Assembly (NCBI GenBank): GCA_964016885.1
Contig: OZ024740.1
Span: forward strand, 178,746,001-178,810,000
Direction: 5' to 3'
Source: Eledone cirrhosa
Lineage: Eukaryota
Length of the DNA stretch: 64,000 nucleotides
Under the pieces are notes generated by a model, which ran no database searches, was not told the origin of the DNA, and saw only the letters and a program-made list of their open reading frames with translations. Positions 14,248 to 28,167 of the stretch are shown here, in pieces. The stretch's first letter is position 1. Each line of letters begins with the position of its first letter. The translations under genes were made by a program, and so were the position numbers.

Positions 14248-14310
14248 ATTATATTTTGTCTGATGAGGACGTACTGTTGTACATCCGAAATATGTATAAT
14301 AAAATGTAAT
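14248..14310 (+). ncRNA. Minimal type-I hammerhead ribozyme
   Basis: attatattttgt-CTGATGA-GGAcGTAC tgtt GTACaTCC-GAAA-TATGTA-TA-ataaaatgtaat (12-bp stem I). Confidence 0.85.
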
Positions 14311-14444
14311 TGATCAAAAGAACATCTATTTTATTAATATTAATATTTTAATATTAATAACTCCGGAAAATTATTTTTCGTAGAGTGCTTTCCATCTACT
14401 GTAAAACTCATTCTTTGACATAATAATTGAATATCGTTTAACAC

Positions 14445-14496
<52 letters not shown>

Positions 14497-14537
14497 ATGT
14501 GTGTGTGTGTGTGTGCGTATTATATATAATATATATA

Positions 14538-15191
14538 TCTCTATATATATATAAAACAAACAATGTCTGTGTATCTGTTTCCCTAAAACTCGAGAAGTAC
14601 CCAACTCTTTTTTTTCAAACTTTACACATGTAATACGTATGGCCCCGTGAATGTTTTGAACAGAAATAATTTTCAAATTATTTAGTCCTAGGGATCGAAT
14701 TAGTGAAGTGGCCAATGTCTGTACATAATGAGGGTGTGAGAGAAAGAAACGGAGAGGCGAAGTGACGAAGTGGCTCTTTACTCCTCCTCCTGGAGCTCCC
14801 CATTTGGCTACCACAATGGTAAATTCAAATCATCCAGCATCCGCTAAAATAATGTTATAAGCGCTACAGTGGACAGACAGGTACGTTATCGCTCTTCTTA
14901 ACAAGTCCGGTTTACCTTTACTATTTTTCCTAACATTTGCTTCCTTTGGTTAAAGGTGAACACACACACGACCCTTTCATAGCCCCCCCCCCCCTTCCTC
15001 CATGAAATTGGAAACTTATTTTGCTCACAACAATTATTTTTTTATGAACTCAGAATTGATTTCATCGTGTGTCCCAATTGAAGAATAAATTGAATTTAGA
15101 ATAATACATTTCTAAACAACATATTTTTTCTCTTTTCTTCTAATATTAAGGAACAATTTCATTCCCGGGCAACGCCGGGTGCTTATGCTCG
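14538..15191 (+). mobile_element. Non-autonomous Helitron
   Basis: 5' TCTCTATATATATATAAAAC; 3' hairpin CCCGGGCAACGCCGGG then CTcG. 5' part shared with 42806-42720(-). Confidence 0.7.
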
Positions 15192-15251
15192 TATATATGG
15201 TATTTCAACAAATATATATATTTCGAAGCACTCGACAAGTTTTCTGGAGTA

Positions 15252-15540
15252 TAATAAATAGAAACTATATTTATAAAACCATATTTATTCTATTATATAT
15301 ATTTCAAGAGTACCAACAGTTTGGTACGCTCTCCTCAGATAAAATACAAAGTTTGTTTTATTAATATTGACATCCAGGAAGGAGATCTTAACGGTTATCC
15401 AGGAAAAAATTGAACCGTTAAGATCTCCTTCCTGGATATTTGTATTTTATCTGATGAGAGCGTACCAAAGTTTTGGTACCCTTGAAATATATATAATAGA
15501 ATAAATATGGTTTTATAAATATAGTTTCCATTTATTAATA
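15252..15540. repeat. Fold-back pLTR element with nested inner palindrome (15372-15437)
   Basis: Arms are reverse complementary, with a hammerhead in each. Confidence 0.8.
15443..15503 (+). ncRNA. Minimal type-I hammerhead ribozyme
   Basis: tattttat-CTGATGA-gagcGTACCAAA..TTTGGTACcctt-GAAA-TATATA-TA-atagaata. Inverted copy at 15286-15346. Confidence 0.8.
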
Positions 15541-15914
15541 TCATTGTTATATATATATATATTTATTAATTATTGCCCCCCCCCCTTTCGTTGTCAACCC
15601 GTCCTTTTATGTCTTTTTTATATTTTTAGTTTTTTGATTTTATTTATCTATTTCCATTTCTGTTCCTCTCGCTACTTACCCAGTTAGATTTTATGAATGT
15701 GTGTGTGGAGTGTTTTGTACGTATGCGGTTTCATGACTATACATGTGTGTGCGGTTATGTATCCGCATGCATGTTTATATGTTTGTGTGTATATATATCT
15801 TTACGATTACGTCTATGTGCACACTTAAGTGTAAGCGTGCGCGTGTGTATGAGCATATGTATGTCTGTGCGTGTCCGTGCGTGTTTATACACATGTTTTT
15901 TATGTGTTTGTGTG

Positions 15915-16011
<97 letters not shown>

Positions 16012-16100
16012 CGAAGGAAATGTGGTAAGGAACCAGGTGGACCATAACGCACCAAAGTACTCAATACTTAGGGTAGTAGAGTGGGTAATAGGAACAAGTT

Positions 16101-16154
<54 letters not shown>

Positions 16155-16155
16155 C

Positions 16156-16230
<75 letters not shown>

Positions 16231-16562
16231 TATATTTATATGTGTATGTATGGAGAGATGTGCGCATGTATATTTATACGTCTATATTGAGTACGTGTGT
16301 GATTGTGTGCCTGTGTGTGCGCATATGTCAGCGAAAGATCGAATGTATATGTGTGTATTTACATTTCCATGTAGACGCACATATACTTATGTGTGAATGT
16401 ATAAGTTTACGTACTATTACGTAAATGCGTGAGGTTGTGTATGTTTATGTATTTAGATATTTATATATTTTTTTCTCCTCAATTTATGCCCGTTATATTA
16501 TTTCAGCCTCACTTTCATTTATCCTAAACCCTGTTTTCAAATCCATATCCCATTCAATAATA

Positions 16563-16630
16563 AAGTTATTCTGATGAATGAAGACAGACATAAGTGTCAA
16601 GCTCTTCAAGAAACCATTGGTAAATGAATT
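16563..16630 (+). ncRNA. Type-I hammerhead ribozyme motif
   Basis: ttatt-CTGATGA-aTGAAGA..TCTTCAa-GAAA-CCATTGG-TA-aatga. Confidence 0.78.
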
Positions 16631-16654
16631 AATTTCCTGATGCTATTTATTACA

Positions 16655-16690
<36 letters not shown>

Positions 16691-16691
<1 letters not shown>

Positions 16692-17011
16692 CCAAAGATT
16701 AATATGGTTCATTGATTACTCAATGAATACAGTTTTATAATAGATTAAAAGCACTCAACAGTGAAATTTCCCTGGAGTTTTTAATATTATTCAAAATTAA
16801 CAAATGAAGATATTCACATAATATTTCATCCTTATCATGATAAATAGAAAACTGCCGGAGATTACCCATGATTTATATAGAGACGACATATTATTTATTG
16901 TAGAAAAAACATAATAATAGCGAATTAAATAAAGTAAAGAAAATAATTATAGAATTTTTTTTAAATTACGACCTGACATTAGAAGTTGAAAATAACAATA
17001 AAATAGTTAAT
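16691..17011 (+). pseudogene. Degenerate PLE RT fragment
   Basis: LYRDDILFIVEK..ELNKVKKIIIEFFLNYDLTLEVENNNKIVN, between (TA)n tracts. Confidence 0.6.
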
Positions 17012-17511
17012 ATATATATATATAACAAATAGTAGCAAGGAAAAAGTCATTTTCTGTAGAAAATGTTGAAGAGATAATGTTTCAGGTGCGGATATGCAGA
17101 ATATTATGGTATGTTTATGTACATTTTTCTTCTAACTTTGATTGTTTACCTAATTTTGTATGGTTGGCTATATGTCTAATCGATTTCTACGGGCTATTAG
17201 AAATACTAGGTAAATCTTCTGTGGGTGTTGATCGCAGATAAAATAGGTATCATTTATTTATCTATTGTATCTTCATAGGTGCATTTTAAACTTACAGCTC
17301 GTTTAATTGATTTTTTGTGTGGTTAATTATGCTGATTGGGAGAGGAAATACTGTATACATTTTATCAAATGATTCTATGGACTTACTTTTTTATATATTG
17401 CTCTGATTGTTGATTATTTAATTAATTAGTTCGTCATTGAGCCACACCGTGAATGGTTGCCAAACACACATATATATATCTATGGCTCTGTCTAATTTAT
17501 GTATATGTAAA

Positions 17512-17798
<287 letters not shown>

Positions 17799-18352
17799 GG
17801 CATAATTTGGAATCTCGCAGTCGGAATAGACAAGGGACTGTCTGATATATCCTTGCTTAAGTTTTTGTTTTATAGTGTTTTGTCCTACTATAAAGATAAA
17901 ATAAGCAAGTTCTATTTTATTCGCATGAAAATTTAGCACACATAGAGACTCGTCCGCACTCCCCATTGCACACTTGAACCTGGAAACGGAGCCCAGTTCA
18001 ATATGCCATATAACTTCAGTGTTTCCAATAACCTAGCTAAGAGCGTTGTAGCTGTAGCAAGAGCGTGTATCCCATCGTTACGCAATAGTTTATACTTCTC
18101 ACCACATTCAATATTAAAACCAACACTTTAACAGTTTGCAGATTGCATGCTACCATTGGAAATACTCTCGAACAATCCCTTCCTTGTGTTAAATTTCAAC
18201 TGTTAAAATGACAGTTGTCTATGTAAAGTATTCAGTCTCTTCAAATCAGATTTATATGGAGTATCTGCAAAACTCCAAGTTGGTATTGGAAGAAAATCCC
18301 ACAGGACTCACTGCAAATAATTACAAGTATCATTATTGCCAGCATCTTCAAC

Positions 18353-18474
18353 CTGACTCTTGCGATCTTGTCGATCGCATCATTATAAATAAAAATGAAA
18401 AACATAAGGGCTGAACCCGACTCTTGCCATCTTGTCGATCGCATCATTAAAAATAAAAATGAAAAACATAAGGG
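18353..18474 (+). repeat. Tandem duplication of ~63 bp
   Basis: gactcttgc(g/c)atcttgtcgatcgcatcatta..aataaaaatgaaaaacataaggg occurs twice. Confidence 0.9.
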
Positions 18475-19229
18475 GAAAATCCAGCTTCCTGTTTCAATTC
18501 AAGTGGATACAGAAAATTAAAAAAATACCTTCAAATAAAAATTCGGTTATCGTCGATAAAGGTGTTCAATTCTTCAGCAGGCAATAAAGTTACAATTTAT
18601 TCTAGTACAGTAGATCCTTGTATTAAAGCTGCTGGTGATAACATACATAGTGGTTAAATGTAGTGTCCAACAGTTTATATTGGAACCAGTTTCATCTGGA
18701 TACGTTAAAAACATCTAAAACCTCATGGCTCACCAGCAGTAATACATAGGCTTCGGATTTATTAAATGTATAACTTTACATCGATTTAAGAATTTTTGCT
18801 GACGTTTCGGATTAATCGTAATTTTCGTGACCACAAAATCTTTTTTTTATTTCTATTGCCCAAAGCTACAAGACAAATAAAAGAATCCGAGTATAAAGAA
18901 CAACATCATGGTGAATAAAACATAATCTTTGAAGAAGAAAAATAAACAAGGTTCACATTTACTTATAAAACATTTCTTCCTACGTAATATATATATATCG
19001 TATATTTCCACAATTCACTATGTACACACGCGCACAAACACACACACGCACACACACACACACATACACATACATATGTGTATATAGTGTGTGACTGGGT
19101 GTGTATGTCTGGGAGATGCACGTGTATTTATGTAGGTACAAATATAATTATGTATCAAGACGATAACAGGTTTATATAAAATACAGGTACATACGTGAAT
19201 ACACATGCTCACGTACGTGTATGTATGTA

Positions 19230-19270
<41 letters not shown>

Positions 19271-19974
19271 GCATGTATTTACATATATATGCATAGCTGT
19301 GTGTGTGTGTAAATCCATCTTTGCTAATGTTTTTCCATTCTAGGATATTTCTAAAGATGGCTTAATATATGAATTGAAGATTGGCTAAGCTGGTAGCGTC
19401 ATCTTTCCTAATAATCTAATATTCCGTCTCAAAGTCTATTTTCTATCTGTCTCCAGCACTTTCTTTTTGTATTTACAAACACACACATACACACGCACGC
19501 ACACACACACAGACATATATATATATATATATATAAATATATGTGTTTGTTAAGTGTATTAGTTAATTACAAGTAATGGCGGTGTACCGTTTGAAACACC
19601 TAATGCTGTTACACAAAATCAGGAGGCGGGTTGTAAACAAGTACGTCCTTTTTCTACATAATCTGCTTCCTTTTCGATACATTTGATTCAGCGCTACACT
19701 AGCTTGCGTATTCCCTCTGAGAAGAAGCTTTTCATTGGTCACGGATATATATATATATAAAACAGAAATAGGATTTCGCTGCAAGCATAGCTTTATATAA
19801 TATGTATGAATATTTCGTATCTCCCAGGAAATACGGTTTTAGGAAGCCGTAGCTATGCAAACACCCTATGCTAATGCCCTCTGGTGATGTCCAGCAGAAG
19901 CAAGGGGGACAACCGTCTAACTGGCTTTCGTCAGGACGGTCCCTCTCACCGCTTGCGACTGCTGCACTATATAT

Positions 19975-20045
19975 ATCTTTTACTCTTTTACTCTTCTACC
20001 TGTTTCAGCCATCCGGCTGAGGCCATGCTGGGGCACCGCCCTTGA
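19975..20045 (-). mobile_element. OK-type SINE 3' fragment (other fragments at ~33760-33900, 40695-40770, 50700-50845)
   Basis: tgtttcagccat..ggctgaggccatgctggggcaccgcc with (AAAAGAGT)n-like tail; family assignment is from memory. Confidence 0.55.
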
Positions 20046-20048
20046 GTA

Positions 20049-20134
<86 letters not shown>

Positions 20135-20334
20135 GGGAAGGAGCAGGACCCGAGGGCTGAGCTCCGGACGTTTCAACAGCTACATCCGGATCTAGCTGTC
20201 GAAACGGCCGGAGCTCAGCCGTAGGGTTCCTGACTCCTTTCCTATTACTCTACTACTCTAAGTATCGAGTACTCTGGTCCGTTATGGTCCACCTGGTTTC
20301 TCACCACACTTTCTTTGTTATGTATATACATATG

Positions 20335-20435
<101 letters not shown>

Positions 20436-20442
20436 ATATATA

Positions 20443-20670
20443 TATTTATTAAAATAACAGATTAAAGTTTAAGCAAAGAATCGCTGCTTTCACCCTAAAC
20501 GGGATCTTCTGAAACTCAGAGGATCCCGTTAAGGGTGAAAGCACCGATTCTTTGCTTAAACTTTAATCTGTTATTTTAATAAATATTTGCTCTACGGTTC
20601 TTATATATTTGATATATATTTATCCTTATCGAGCCCTCTTTGGATTTTAGTCTTCAAATTTATTATTATT
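20443..20670. repeat. Fold-back (~70-bp arms, 20443-20586) plus tail, in (TA)n
   Basis: ttaaaataacagattaaagtttaagcaaagaatcg...cgattctttgcttaaactttaatctgttattttaa. Confidence 0.85.
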
Positions 20671-21655
20671 ACTATATATATATATATGACAAAGAAAGTG
20701 TGGTATATATATGTATATATATATATATGTATATATATATATGTGTGTGTGTGGTTATGTGTGTCTGTGTGTATGTGTGTGTGTATTTATGTATCTACAT
20801 CTGCTTAATGTCCGTCTCTCTTTCTTCCCTTATACACATATATGTGTACGTGTTTATTGTATACAAGTTGGTGCACTGCGGCGTGTTCAAAGTTATATTA
20901 AGCATTACATAAATCCCCTTAAAATAAGTACAGACTCAAATATAACCGACTGAAGCCTTAAAGGCCGTGCCTCGTCATGAATTCAAGAAGTAAAAGTTCA
21001 AAAAATAAAAACATACCACGATGCATATGAATTATGAAAAGACAAATTACACTAAAACATATAAGAGAAAATGTTACCTTAAGCAGTTACGCTCAAGAAT
21101 TACCATTATTTGAGACACTCAACCTGTTTACATAACCATAAATATATCTTTTCATTTCAATGGTAGAAAAACTCAAATAGATATTTCTCTATTTATATTG
21201 TTTTTTTTTTTTTCGGTAGATTGGGATTTAATTTCGAAAATGCATTTTGAAACCAATAATAATGTAAAGTTGTGTCAACAAAAAATAGGCATATTTATTC
21301 TATTGCATCCTCATGCACACTCAAACATACACACACACACACACACACTCATGCATATATATATAAGTGTATATATGTGTGGGGAGAGAGAGAGCGGGGG
21401 GGGGATAAAAAGAGGGAGAGAGATAAAGAGAGAAAGGGAGAGAGAGAGAGAGAAATATTTGGCGCGGAGATATGTAATTGTGCGATGAAAAATCGGAAGA
21501 AAATTTTAGAAATGTATATAAACTCGATATACATATATACAGAAATACAAAAGTGATAATTTCTATGCAATATTTATTTCCAAATCGACTGTCATTTGAT
21601 ATATCTAAATTATTTCTTTGTTGTTGCTGCTGTTATCATTATTGTTATCGTTGAT

Positions 21656-21763
21656 TTCTTCTTCTTCTTTCTTCTTCTTCTTCTTCTTCTTCTTCTTCTT
21701 CTTCTTCTTCTTCTTCTTCTTCTTCTTCTTCTTCTTCTTCTTCTTCTTCTTCTTCTTCTTCTT

Positions 21764-21793
<30 letters not shown>
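21656..21793 (+). repeat. (CTT)n microsatellite
   Basis: Seen directly. Confidence 0.98.
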
Positions 21794-21794
<1 letters not shown>

Positions 21795-22653
21795 TCATTG
21801 CTATTGCAGCATTTTATGAACTTATATGGTTGATTTTTTTTTAAATTTTATAAATGTAAGCATGTCGTTTGCTCTTTTCCCATGTAAAAACGAAACAAAC
21901 AAAACACAATTTGATTTTGTTGTTGTTTTCCCTTTCCCACAATTTTGTAGAATTATTGTCATGTCAAAATTATATTTTGTCTTCTTCAAATATCTGTTTT
22001 TGATATTTGTCATTAAAAAAAGAAATTTTCACAACTTTTTCTCATAATTTTATGTAATTTAAGTACTTTTTATTTCTTTTTAATTCCAGCAAAATTTTCA
22101 AAATTAATGTGTGTCGGGAAGGGGTCCGGGGAAAAAAGAAATGCAAAGTCAAAATAATATGAGTTAATATTTTTCAATAAACAAATAAATAAATAAGAAA
22201 AAAATGATTAGAAAAAATATTATGTAAAGCGAATTGCATGTACTTCTAATTCTTTCAATAAATAATTCATGGCAAATTGCGCTGAAGAATATATATACGT
22301 GCATAATCAAGTGTCAATATTTATCTGTATAAGATTACAAGTATTTGACTTAATCATTATCGATATGCATTAATAATACGTTACTAATTAGTAAATAATC
22401 TGGACGAAAATGTCCACATTCTTGATTGCTGAGTGAAGTACGTAGTGTATAGATGGGTGGTTTGTTGGGAGGTTGGCTGGGCTGATTGGTTGTATGTAAA
22501 AGAGAGAGAATGGTTGGGTGGGTTGATTAGTTGAATGTATGAGAATTATTTTTAATTAGATTTAAGTGGCCATATATCGGATGTGGTGAAGTAGTAAATA
22601 GAACGGTTGCAGAGTATCACGAAGTCTTGCACATATAACTAAAACTATATACA

Positions 22654-22710
<57 letters not shown>

Positions 22711-22840
22711 CTGTGTTTGTACATGTGTGTGTATGTGTGCATATATATATATATAGTGTGTTGGGGGTTGATGGATAGAAAGAGAGAGAGAGAGAGAGAG
22801 AGGAGGAGAGGAAGAGAGGGAGAGAGAGAGTGGGAGAAAG

Positions 22841-22944
<104 letters not shown>

Positions 22945-23163
22945 ATTTCAGTAAAATATTTTTCGATTTCAATGAAACTAATTGTCTATTGATTTTCGTG
23001 CAATGTATCTATGCAATGTATGTTTCTCCTTCCGCTATGAATACTCACGCATTACATATAATAGGCATCCCAATAAATATGAAATGCTATGCATTCATAA
23101 TTATACATATATATATGTGTGTTGGTGGGTTCTAGCTGTGTGTATGTGTATAATACACATATA

Positions 23164-23215
<52 letters not shown>

Positions 23216-23401
23216 TAAATTTAACACTCAATGGTAGGATCATAACCGTATAAAGAACTCAATGTAATCCGTATGTAGAAGATTTCGTGAAGCAAAGTTT
23301 AAAATACAAAGATTTTATCAACGATATAATTCAATTGGATACAGAGTCAAAATAGAAATATTAAAACAATGAAATTAAACACAAACATTTTAATTCATAG
23401 T

Positions 23402-23551
23402 AAAACTCATTATTTTACGATCGTTTCTGGGGGGTAGTTCCCTGTATGTTCATTCAATTATTGATCTATGTAAAACATATTACAAAATATCATAGTAAGA
23501 AAAAGATACATACGTCTTCACTACCCGCCGTCTTCAGAAATAATGAGTTTT
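23402..23551 (-). ncRNA. Split hammerhead (about 100-nt stem/loop II), left arm
   Basis: Reverse-complement copy of 25758-25906 with GGcGGGTAGT/ACTACCCcCC stem II. Confidence 0.75.
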
Positions 23552-24839
23552 GTTTATTGAAGAATACAAAAAAACATACATATGAATAAGTAAAGTTTTA
23601 TAACCAGGTTGAAATTGACCAATGTTAAGAATGGAAAGGGGCAGTATAAATCCTTAAGGTTGGTGGTAGTAGATGAATAAATAGGCCATCAGTGGATAAT
23701 GTATCAGATGTCTTTTAAGAAAAGAAATGAGAGTTGTTAGTGTAAATGAAATTAGGCATATTGTATATAAAGGTGTTGATGGTCAAAGAAGATTACGGTT
23801 GGAGGAAAAGGGGTACTGAGATTAGTGTGTTACATCAAGTAGAATGTAATAGAACAATCTTAAAATGTTAGTTATTTCTTTGTTGGGAGGAATAATTTGT
23901 TCTAAAAATATTTAATATAAAAAATATATACACGTATACTCACACATGTTTATATATAGGCATACATTTATGCATATACATATACACACACAGATATACA
24001 TATTCACACACACACCTATACTCACACATTTATTCACCTATATCTTTTTCTATATTTGTTTAGTTGTATTTATAATATATGAATGTCCTTCTAATTTTAT
24101 GGTTACATACTAAAATTAATTCTTGTCTTTTATTTAATAGAGTGTCCTTCGATTTATTAATTTGAACATTTCTTGAGAACATAGTCCGCACTCCTTTCTA
24201 TTGCTCCCCTGATAAGAAATTGCTCTCTTAAGAATCTTCCAAGTTTGGTTATATTTAATATTATTCTTTTTACAATTATTAACTGCTTCTGCTAAAGAAG
24301 TGGTATTTGCTAATTTTGTGTTTCGGAAACTGTGGGTGTGTGCATAAAATCTCGATTTAAATGGATTAGAAGTAGATCCTATACAGGATTGATTAGAGTC
24401 TTTAATACAGTAAAATTTTCTTACTCCACATAGAGCAATATACAACAAAAAATAAATGCATATAACATCTATAAATGTAAAAAAGCTCCATCTATACCAC
24501 ACACAAGATAACTATGGTAATACTACAACGCATAACCTGAATATTACTGCATACCCACCTGATAGATCCGCTCACTCACTTCACCAGCACAATATAGCAG
24601 ATTACAACCAACTACCATCTTCCTCTTCCTTAATAGGGACTAAGATTTATATACCCAATCTAACTAATAGCATCCAAAACAACCATGATTCTATAAACGC
24701 TATATCAAGTATAATTTCACCTACTAGCAACAATTCGGATTACAACCACCATACCGTAAACCCTTCTCTCCCAAATAAAAAGATAAACACAAATACTAGC
24801 ACTATTATTGAGAATATGGATAGCACATCTGAAACGCTA

Positions 24840-25245
24840 AATGCAAACGGTTGTAATTGTAGAATAAAAGATAATTGCCCGTTAAATGGAAATTGCTTAA
24901 TTAATAATATAGTATATATATATGTAATCACCACTAAAGACTCTAATCAATCATTTTTAGGATCCATTTCTAATCCATTTAAATCGAGATTTTATGCACA
25001 CACCCACAGTTTCCGAAACACAAAATTAGCAAATACCACTTCTTTAGCAGAAGCAGTTAATAATTGTAAAAAGAAGAATATTAAATATAACCAAACTTGG
25101 AAGATTCTTAAGAGAGCAATTTCTTATCAGGGGAGCAATAGAAGGGAGTGTAATTTTTGAAAGTAATTTTTGAAATTACTAAATCGAAGGACACTCTTTT
25201 AAATAAAAGACAAGAATTAATTTTAGTATGTAACCATAAAATTAG
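24840..25245 (+). pseudogene. GIY-YIG endonuclease domain of Naiad/Chlamys-clade PLE (degenerate)
   Basis: CNC-x4-CPLNGNC linker, FKxRFYxHxxSFR, WKILKRA, LNKRxE..C.HK C-terminus. Inverted partial copy at 24100-24404. Confidence 0.85.
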
Positions 25246-25757
25246 AAGGACATTCAAATATTATAAATACAACTAAACAAATATAGAAAAAGATATAGGT
25301 GAATAAATGTGTGAGTATAGGTGTGTGTGTGAATATGTATATCTGTGTGTGTATATGTATGTATATGCATGTATACGTGTATATATTTTTTATATTATAT
25401 ATTTTTAGAACAAATTATTCCTCCCAACAAAGAAATAACTAACATTTTAAGATTGTTCTATTATATTCTACTTGATGTAACACACTAATCTCAGCACCCC
25501 TTTTCCTCCAACCGTAATCTTCTTTGACCATCAACACTTTTATATACAATATGCCTAATTTCATTTACACTAACAACTCTCATTTTTTTCTTAAAAGACA
25601 TCTGATACATTATCCACTGATGGCCTATTTATTCATCTACTACCACCAACCTTAAGGATTTATACTGCCCCTTTCCATTCTTAACATTGGTCAATTTCAA
25701 CCTGGTTATAAAACTTTACTTATTCATATGTATGTTTTTTTGTATTCTTCAATAAAC

Positions 25758-25906
25758 AAAACTCATTATTTCTGAAGACGGCGGGTAGTGAAGACGTATG
25801 TATCTTTTTCTTACTATGATATTTTGTAATATGTTTTACATAGATCAATAATTGAATGAACATAAAGGGAAATACCCCCAGAAACGATCGTAAAATAATG
25901 AGTTTT
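25758..25906 (+). ncRNA. Split hammerhead (about 100-nt stem/loop II)
   Basis: aaaactcattattt-CTGAAGA(25772)-...102 nt...-GAAA(25881)-CGATCG-TA-aaataatgagtttt (14-bp stem I). Confidence 0.75.
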
Positions 25907-25961
25907 ACTATGAATTAACAGTTTTGTGTTTAATTTCATTGTTTTAATATTTATATATATA

Positions 25962-26000
<39 letters not shown>

Positions 26001-26120
26001 TTTGTAATAATTTGGAATGTCCTGGATATTCTTGATGATTATATACGAACGAAATTGTTCCATTCCTTCAGCCGCCAAATCTGAGTGAAATGAATATTTA
26101 TATTCTCTACTAAAATGTTC

Positions 26121-26306
<186 letters not shown>

Positions 26307-28167
26307 ACATTATGGCATAAGTTATTTCGTAAATGTGTTATCCATCGTTTTCCGCTTAGAGTATTCTAGTTCTTAAGTCAACTGCACTGTTCGTCTCTCA
26401 TAATATATATAGCCTCATATTTCATATATACTTTGAGTGTTTAAAAAAGAAAAACTGATGGGTAAGCTCCTCTGCATATAGTGCTTACCTGGATGAAATT
26501 ATTTATCAGTAGCACTAACATAGCGTGATTTCATAATAAGGATGTATATGAAGGCATACGCGGTGTGTTTATGGATAACAAACATATATGACCCGGAAAT
26601 GTATGTAAGCTATGTATAGATTATATTAATATCAGTATCGAGTGAGGAAATGTCACTGATGATAGAATAAACTTATCATGAAACAGTAGTTTGTGGTGTT
26701 TTCCCCCGCTTACTAAGCTAGCCATGCCGTGATCGCAACTTAAAATCTACAGAGCGAAACTTATATTTGAATATTTGAAACATATGCATCAACATATCCT
26801 ATATGTCTTTCATGCACACTTATTATGTACCCACTATGTTATTGCTGATTATTCAAATCGATGCCATGCACGAATTATAGGCAAATGAAATCCCTAAGTA
26901 GAGGATTTACATGCAAAACTTATAAAGTCTATAGCTTATTATAATCTCACCATTAAGTTAGTTAACGTGACTAATGATGGAGTAAATCATTTTGAAACAC
27001 GAATGACTGACTTTCTCACATGGCGGCTACAGAGATGCCTATAACATGATCACATATTACGCTCCTCATATAAATGTATATATGGAAGCTTATACAGTGT
27101 GTTTATGTATAATAAACATATACACATCTATGATAGTATTACTGCATGCACTATATGGAAATGATCCTATACTGCATATGTTCTATACAAAAAAGCATTT
27201 CGTCCATTGCTACAAATGTTTTCATACAAGTTTAACACACAAACCTCGAAGCCCGTTGCTTATCTTGGCCGTCTAATTGTACTTGAAATAGGAAAAATAA
27301 GCTCTTTTCACATTATCACTAATTAGATTTTTCTGTTCAGTGGACGTACACATCTACGCAAATGAAACACACACTAAACTGATGTTTTCACATTTTCTTC
27401 GTGGTGAAGCGATAGCAACACCCCAAACAGGAAAAAATTTACTTTACTGCATATAAAATCCACATGCAAAAAAGCAGTATCAACAAAATCCTAGCTACAA
27501 TTTAAATATTCAGTTTACTGGTACTTTATGTTATCACCCCCGCAAAGAATAAAAGCAAAGATAACTTTGGTGGGATTTCAACTGAGAAAGTTATTTTTTC
27601 TGTTTCTGTATATTTCTAATGTATGTTACCAAGAAGAATGTATATTTGTATGACATAATCATTAAAACAAAGTGTTAACACTTCAGTTAAGACTATTCAT
27701 GTAGATCATAGATAGTAGGGAAATTCAAATTCTATTAATGAATGGGGATTAGAGTTATTTATATGGACTCTTCCAAGATATGCTTTATGACAGAGTATAT
27801 ATAATTAATAGGGGAACCGATTATTAAATAAAATAATTAGCTGTATTGGTCAAACCAACCACTGTATTCTAGAAACTACATTATTATAACCTATACAGTG
27901 GTCTGAAACAAAAATAATAAACAAATCCCTACCTCACATCCCTGCCTCGACTAATTTTAAGACGGTAATATCACAGTAAAATAGTTATTGTTATTAACTC
28001 AGTTTGGGAAGCAACTTTCTAGTTGGTCTGGAGAAACTTTGACAACTAAGAATACAATATTGTACTCTTGCTAATAATTGTAACTATTATGAAGAAATCT
28101 GTTTGGTTTTTACCGATGTAAATATAAAAGCTTTTAAAGATGGAATTATAATAGCTCTTAAAATAAG

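Larger units (their letters stand above)
13609..14445. mobile_element. Fold-back pLTR element: ~355-bp arms (13609-13965/14000-14356) plus unique tail
   Basis: Arms are near-perfect reverse complements, each with a hammerhead. Embedded in (TA)n. Confidence 0.85.
23215..25952. mobile_element. Naiad-type PLE 3' fragment (GIY-YIG endonuclease + pLTR) as a ~1 kb-arm inverted repeat
   Basis: Arms 23355-24404 and 24935-25952 are reverse complements. Translation gives CNCRIKDNCPLNGNCL, NIVY, FKSRFYAHTHSFRN, TWKILKRA, CGLCSQE, LNKRQELILVCNHK. Flanked by (TA)n. Confidence 0.88.

Noticed and set aside
20505-20555. Hammerhead in the 20.5 kb palindrome
   Set aside because: Only a stem II/GAAA-like half is present; the CTGANGA core and stem I are missing at the fold point.
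26484-26500. Minus-strand YAG|GTAAG-type junctions (also 58270) as recursive splice sites
   Set aside because: No confirmed host intron, and such sites are expected by chance in AT-rich DNA.
26655-26692. CTGATGA...GAAAC motif
   Set aside because: The stem overlaps the core and there is no stem I; probably chance. CTGATGA at 31297 and 58506 also lacks a proper partner.
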